This document shows positions 60,154 to 64,000 of a DNA stretch of 64,000 nt, piece by piece (the stretch's first letter is position 1; each line of letters begins with the position of its first letter). Origin of the DNA: Desulfatiglandales bacterium (GTDB taxonomy: Bacteria > Desulfobacterota > DSM-4660 > Desulfatiglandales > HGW-15); assembly GCA_963667015.2 (NCBI GenBank), contig CAXXJJ010000001.1:2464001-2528000 (forward strand), written 5' to 3'. The translations under genes were made by a program, and so were the position numbers. A model generated the notes under the pieces. It ran no database searches. It saw only the letters and a program-made list of their open reading frames with translations, and was not told where the DNA came from.

Positions 60154-60690
60154 TTATTTTGTCTTATTGGCGGAAAGGTAATCTGCAACAGCATCTTCCA
60201 GCAGTTTTCTGAATGCCCTGTCAATGCCTACCATTGTATCCAGTCCCATCACGGTGTGCTGTGGCGATGAATAGAGGAGCGCCTGCGAATACCGGCTGTT
60301 AAGCACACCAAAGTGAATATCAAACTGGTAGATATAGGCAGACTTATATTCAATGCACTTTCCATAAATATGGAGAATTATTTTATTATCTGAGGTCAGG
60401 TCTTTATCTATTTCTTCCATCATTATCTTTCCGCCTTTTTCAGAGGTCTGAAAGGCAAGGCTGTCCGATATAGTTGTTTTAATATCATGGCGTAAAAAAG
60501 ATCTTTTAATGGTCTCGTTTAATTTGGCTGAAATAAAATCACAATTGTTAAAGTCAGTATAAACAAAAATCTTTTCAAATCCTTTAGTTTTCAGCCATTT
60601 ATACTCCTCAGCCTGTGCATATGATGCAAAAAAAAAGGTGAATAGAGCGGTGAACAGGATTACAGATTTGATTCGTAATAAAGTTGTCAT
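60154..60690 (-). CDS. Exported hypothetical protein
   Basis: Signal peptide ending AQA-EE. Confidence 0.6.
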   Translation of the reverse strand: MTTLLRIKSVILFTALFTFFFASYAQAEEYKWLKTKGFEKIFVYTDFNNCDFISAKLNETIKRSFLRHDIKTTISDSLAFQTSEKGGKIMMEEIDKDLTSDNKIILHIYGKCIEYKSAYIYQFDIHFGVLNSRYSQALLYSSPQHTVMGLDTMVGIDRAFRKLLEDAVADYLSANKTK

Positions 60691-60853
60691 GCTTAGATAC
60701 CTCACTGTTGATAAAGATGTTAAAACCCGGCACATATATCAGAATGATAAAAAAAATTCAAAAAAAGCTTTATGCATACATGATATTTGACACCGCTAAC
60801 AAATAAATACTCAAAAAGAGTAATATTCCATGAGAATGAATTTATCTTACCTT

Positions 60854-60898
60854 TCAAACAAAACAGGGGCGAACAATGTCCGCCCCTGTTTTGTTTGA
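60854..60898. terminator. Long hairpin / terminator downstream of the cytochrome operon
   Basis: 18-bp perfect stem TCAAACAAAACAGGGGCG / CGCCCCTGTTTTGTTTGA. Confidence 0.75.
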
Positions 60899-60959
60899 GG
60901 TTGCCAAGCTCAGGTTATGTGTCTGGTTTGTATGGATCTAAATAATAGATCCTTTCAGT

Positions 60960-61664
60960 TTAGTTTGCTGTTCCGGAAAGAAGACCTTTATACCCCTTGC
61001 CAATGTCGTTTCTGGCGTCGGAATATATCAGGACAGTATCCAGAAATCTGCCCGGTTCATTTGGCGTGACAGCAAAGCCTATTATGATTTTTTTCCCGGT
61101 TGGAATTTCAATTCTTCCTGATTCCCCTGCATTAAAATACTCTGAGTTAAACTTGCTTGAATGTATCCTGGTGACCGTCAGCGGGGCGTCTCCTTCATTT
61201 TCAATGACCATCTGTACCCGGTTTTTTTCGTTTACCTTTAATTCTCCGACGTCTGTCTTCCTCGGGGTTATCCCGATAACACCCATGGGTATCTGATCAA
61301 CATAACCCAGGATATGTATAACGTCTTCATCCTTACCTTCCGGGCCGGTGAAAATGGTTATGGTTTTGTCAAATTTGCCGGGGTATTTATAGGTATTATA
61401 GATTATCAGGAGTTCCGAACTCTCCCCTGGCTCGATAGTAGTTTTGGAAAGGCTGACACTGGTACATGCACAGCTTGTTACGGTGTTTGCTATCGTTACG
61501 GCTTTGCTGCCTTCGTTGGTAAGGGTTATTTTCTTTTCAACAGGCGGACCTTCTTTTATGTTTCCAAAGCTGATAGAGGTTTCGCTTATTTTAAGATCCG
61601 ATGCATTTGCTGAGTATGCAAAAAAAAGCATTCCCATGAGGATAATTGTCAGAAGCCGATTCAT
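60960..61664 (-). CDS. Exported DUF1573 (Ig-like) protein, two domains
   Basis: Signal peptide; FGNIKEG, TSCACT, IEPGES, NEGDAPL. Confidence 0.8.
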   Translation of the reverse strand: MNRLLTIILMGMLFFAYSANASDLKISETSISFGNIKEGPPVEKKITLTNEGSKAVTIANTVTSCACTSVSLSKTTIEPGESSELLIIYNTYKYPGKFDKTITIFTGPEGKDEDVIHILGYVDQIPMGVIGITPRKTDVGELKVNEKNRVQMVIENEGDAPLTVTRIHSSKFNSEYFNAGESGRIEIPTGKKIIIGFAVTPNEPGRFLDTVLIYSDARNDIGKGYKGLLSGTAN

Positions 61665-61700
61665 AATCGATCCTTTTATATCTATAGTATTATGTTGTTT

Positions 61701-62153
61701 TTAATGAACAAGTTTTGATTTTTTATTATAATCAAAATCCTTGTCCTGCCCTTCAGTATGGCACTTTCTGCAGATATCTTCAGTTGCCTTTTGAATGTCA
61801 TCTGCGCTCAGGGTTTCCGTATGTTTCCTTCCTGGCCCGTGACATGCCTCACACTGGACATCCTTGAGTTCCGGGGTAAGCTCCATATCAATATACCCCC
61901 CGTCTTCATTGTAGGCTACCACATGACAGCGAAAGCAACCCGGGTTTTCCTGCTTTTCAGCGCCCTGGGTCTTGAGGTTTTCAAAAGCGTTTCCATGTTT
62001 GGTGGCTTTCCATTTTTCAGCTATTTCCGAATGGCAGTCAGCACATGCGGTATAGCCCAGGTAATCACCAAGTATTTCACTGCGTAAGCTGGTTCCCCAG
62101 CCTAAAACTGAAAAAAATAAAACAGCTATTATAGTATATACTGAACGGGCCAT
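61701..62153 (-). CDS. Periplasmic tetraheme cytochrome c (c554-like)
   Basis: Four CxxCH motifs (CADCH, CFRCH, CEACH, CRKCH); signal peptide. Confidence 0.9.
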   Translation of the reverse strand: MARSVYTIIAVLFFSVLGWGTSLRSEILGDYLGYTACADCHSEIAEKWKATKHGNAFENLKTQGAEKQENPGCFRCHVVAYNEDGGYIDMELTPELKDVQCEACHGPGRKHTETLSADDIQKATEDICRKCHTEGQDKDFDYNKKSKLVH

Positions 62154-62171
62154 AGTTATTGATTCCCTTAC

Positions 62172-62471
62172 TTAACAGTTACATCCATCAAGCTCTTCGA
62201 CCTTGATATATTTTTTCAACTGGCGCAGCAGCTTCACATCAATTCCTTCAATATCAAGGAGCTCGTCAATATCCACAAATTCTCCGTTTTCCTCTCGAAC
62301 CTCAATGATTTTCTCTGCAAGTTCCTTATTAACGCCGGGAATTTTTACAAGCTCTTCAACTGTTGCCGAGTTGATGTTTATTTTGTCGTCTTCCTCGGCG
62401 TACAATCCTGATGCCAGAAGAGAAAGCATCAGCACTAATGACATGCAATATATAATCTTTTTAATGTTCAT
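62172..62471 (-). CDS. Exported ComEA-like helix-hairpin-helix protein
   Basis: KININSATVEEL..IPGV...A.KII..RE.NG.F; C-terminal DGCNC. Confidence 0.8.
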   Translation of the reverse strand: MNIKKIIYCMSLVLMLSLLASGLYAEEDDKININSATVEELVKIPGVNKELAEKIIEVREENGEFVDIDELLDIEGIDVKLLRQLKKYIKVEELDGCNC

Positions 62472-62544
62472 AATTGACTCCCTGACCGTATTTATTTGAC
62501 TTCAGTTATAAAACAATGTATTTCTTGACCAATATAAGGTATAA

Positions 62545-62572
62545 GGTTCAACCAATGTATTGGTTCAACCAA
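62545..62572. promoter_or_regulatory. Tandem FadR-type operators
   Basis: GGTTCAACCAA twice; TTGGTTCAACCAA palindrome fits TGGT-N3-ACCA; lies between divergent genes. Confidence 0.7.
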
Positions 62573-62628
62573 AATAACTGAAATATTATGGAATGTAAAT
62601 ATTAAAATGAATATTTCAGTTTTTCAAC

Positions 62629-63393
62629 ATGTCATTGGAAAAGTACGAAAATAGGGTAAAACATATGGAATTTCTTCAGGATATCAGCAAAGTCCCGCTA
62701 TCTAAAGTAGTAATGCTTCACATAAAAAATGCTATTTTGTCCGGGAAAATCAAATTTGAGGAAAAAATTCCAACGGAAAGAGAGCTGGCCGCCGGGTTTA
62801 ATGTAAGCCGAAACATGGTCAGGGAAGCGATCCGCGCCCTGGAAATAGCCGGTTATCTGGAGGTCCGGCAGGGACCCAAGGGCGGAGCCTTTGTAAGGGA
62901 GTTCACTCCTGATAGATTGTCTGAGGGATTCCTGGATTATTATCTGGCTAATAAACTTACCATGGAGGAGTTGAATAATGTGAGACTCCATATTGAACCT
63001 GAAGTGGCCAGGCTTGCCGCTCAGAATATTAATCAGGAAAAGGCTGCTATTCTTCAGGGCATTGTTGATGATGAATTTATGGCCGATGCCATTGACGAAC
63101 GTGTAGCCAGCCTGACAAAATTTCACCTGGTCCTTGCGGAGATGTGCGGCAATTTTTTTTACGAAATAATAATGAATGTCGTTGTATCTATTACAAGGGA
63201 GATAGTTGTGGCCGGGCACCGTGGTGGTGACACAGTTGTACATGGCCTGGAACAGCACAATGAAGTTTTAAATGCAGTTATTGAAGGAAAACCGGAAGAG
63301 GCATCAATGGCCATGGCAGACCATCTGACAAAGTTTTCAACCGGTATCCTTGAGATTGAAAAAGACTACAGGGATAGAATCAGCCTGAAATAA
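62629..63393 (+). CDS. GntR/FadR family regulator
   Basis: PTERELA..FNVSR..VREA; FCD domain. Confidence 0.92.
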   Translation: MSLEKYENRVKHMEFLQDISKVPLSKVVMLHIKNAILSGKIKFEEKIPTERELAAGFNVSRNMVREAIRALEIAGYLEVRQGPKGGAFVREFTPDRLSEGFLDYYLANKLTMEELNNVRLHIEPEVARLAAQNINQEKAAILQGIVDDEFMADAIDERVASLTKFHLVLAEMCGNFFYEIIMNVVVSITREIVVAGHRGGDTVVHGLEQHNEVLNAVIEGKPEEASMAMADHLTKFSTGILEIEKDYRDRISLK

Positions 63394-63423
63394 ATAATAA
63401 TTAAAAATTTGCAGGGGGATAGA

Positions 63424-63906
63424 ATGGATAGAAAATTAAAATATATTGGAATCGTTATTGTCATGGTTCTTACACTTGGCCTTTCTCAATTTGCAGCAGC
63501 CAGGGATCTTATAGTTATTGCCTCTAAAGCTACTCAGGCGGACTCGAGGAACTGGCTCGGTTTTCTTGAATCAAAGGAAATACCTGTAAAGCTGGTTACA
63601 CCCGACGCCTTCCCCGAAGTCAAGGAAGACCTGTATATTTTTGTCCTTGGAAGCCTGGATGAATCAAATGAGATTGCAGCCATAGCTGAGGATGCACTGA
63701 CTGCAGATGAGTTTAAATCAATAAAGAGCGAGGGGAAAATGTTTTATAAACCTCAGGCATGGAACGTAGGCCAGAAGGTTATACTTATTCTTGGCCCGGA
63801 TAAGGAAGCCCTGAAAAAGGCAAGAACATCCACCCAGGAGGAGTGGTACGGAATGCTGGCAGAGTGGTTTGACATTGAAGACAGTGAGGGCTTTCACATC
63901 TATTAA
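63424..63906 (+). CDS. Exported hypothetical protein
   Basis: Signal peptide ending AAA-RD; alpha/beta mature domain. Confidence 0.7.
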   Translation: MDRKLKYIGIVIVMVLTLGLSQFAAARDLIVIASKATQADSRNWLGFLESKEIPVKLVTPDAFPEVKEDLYIFVLGSLDESNEIAAIAEDALTADEFKSIKSEGKMFYKPQAWNVGQKVILILGPDKEALKKARTSTQEEWYGMLAEWFDIEDSEGFHIY

Positions 63907-63929
63907 TTGTCCCCGCTAAGGAGATTATT

Positions 63930-64000
63930 ATGAAAAAATATTTTGTCTTAATTTTTGTATTACTGTGTCTCGTGCTTCCGGGATATCTGTTTGCCTTTCC
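63930..64000 (+). CDS. Start of an exported protein (truncated by window end)
   Basis: AAGGAG RBS; MKKYFVLIFVLLCLVLPGYLFA. Confidence 0.55.
   Translation, partial: MKKYFVLIFVLLCLVLPGYLFAF

Noticed and set aside
61460..61480. Possible selenocysteine in the DUF1573 CxC motif
   Set aside because: Both codons are TGT (Cys); the ORF is uninterrupted
1..64000. CRISPR array, rRNA, tRNA, integrase or transposase
   Set aside because: No regularly spaced direct repeats with unique spacers, and no recognisable RNA gene or recombinase motifs by eye; covariance-model searches were not run

Overview
Bacterial chromosomal window whose gene content (dksA, DHH-CBS tRNA nucleotidyltransferase, multiheme cytochrome, ferredoxin, Zn-ribbon/PilZ protein) suggests an anaerobic Desulfobacterota-like organism; this taxonomic call is an inference. 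Two housekeeping blocks (comM | rpoZ-dnaJ-dksA-tRNA nucleotidyltransferase-trpS-scpAB-rluB; phoH-7TM/HD-ybeY-pdxJ-acpS-nnr) sit among accessory segments. These include a hexuronate catabolic cluster, an RND efflux operon, an AT-rich three-lipoprotein island, a BlaI/BlaR1(M56)-TonB pair and several decayed genes. The best candidate for an under-described system is 50.0-57.9 kb. There a glycyl-radical enzyme with no adjacent activase is divergent from a UGSC-like gene that the ORF track splits at an in-frame TGA; the TGA sits in a UxxC motif and is followed by a SECIS-like hairpin, predicting a 573-aa selenoprotein. Next come a CxxC/RAPP leader ORF in front of a TonB-dependent receptor and an unannotated 53-aa, 8-Cys microprotein. 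Reading the 'intergenic' DNA also shows genes collapsed by deletion (class D beta-lactamase, VapC toxin, IMPDH, fosX and others). No CRISPR array, rRNA, tRNA, integrase or transposase was recognised. All product calls come from motif recognition by eye; no searches were run.
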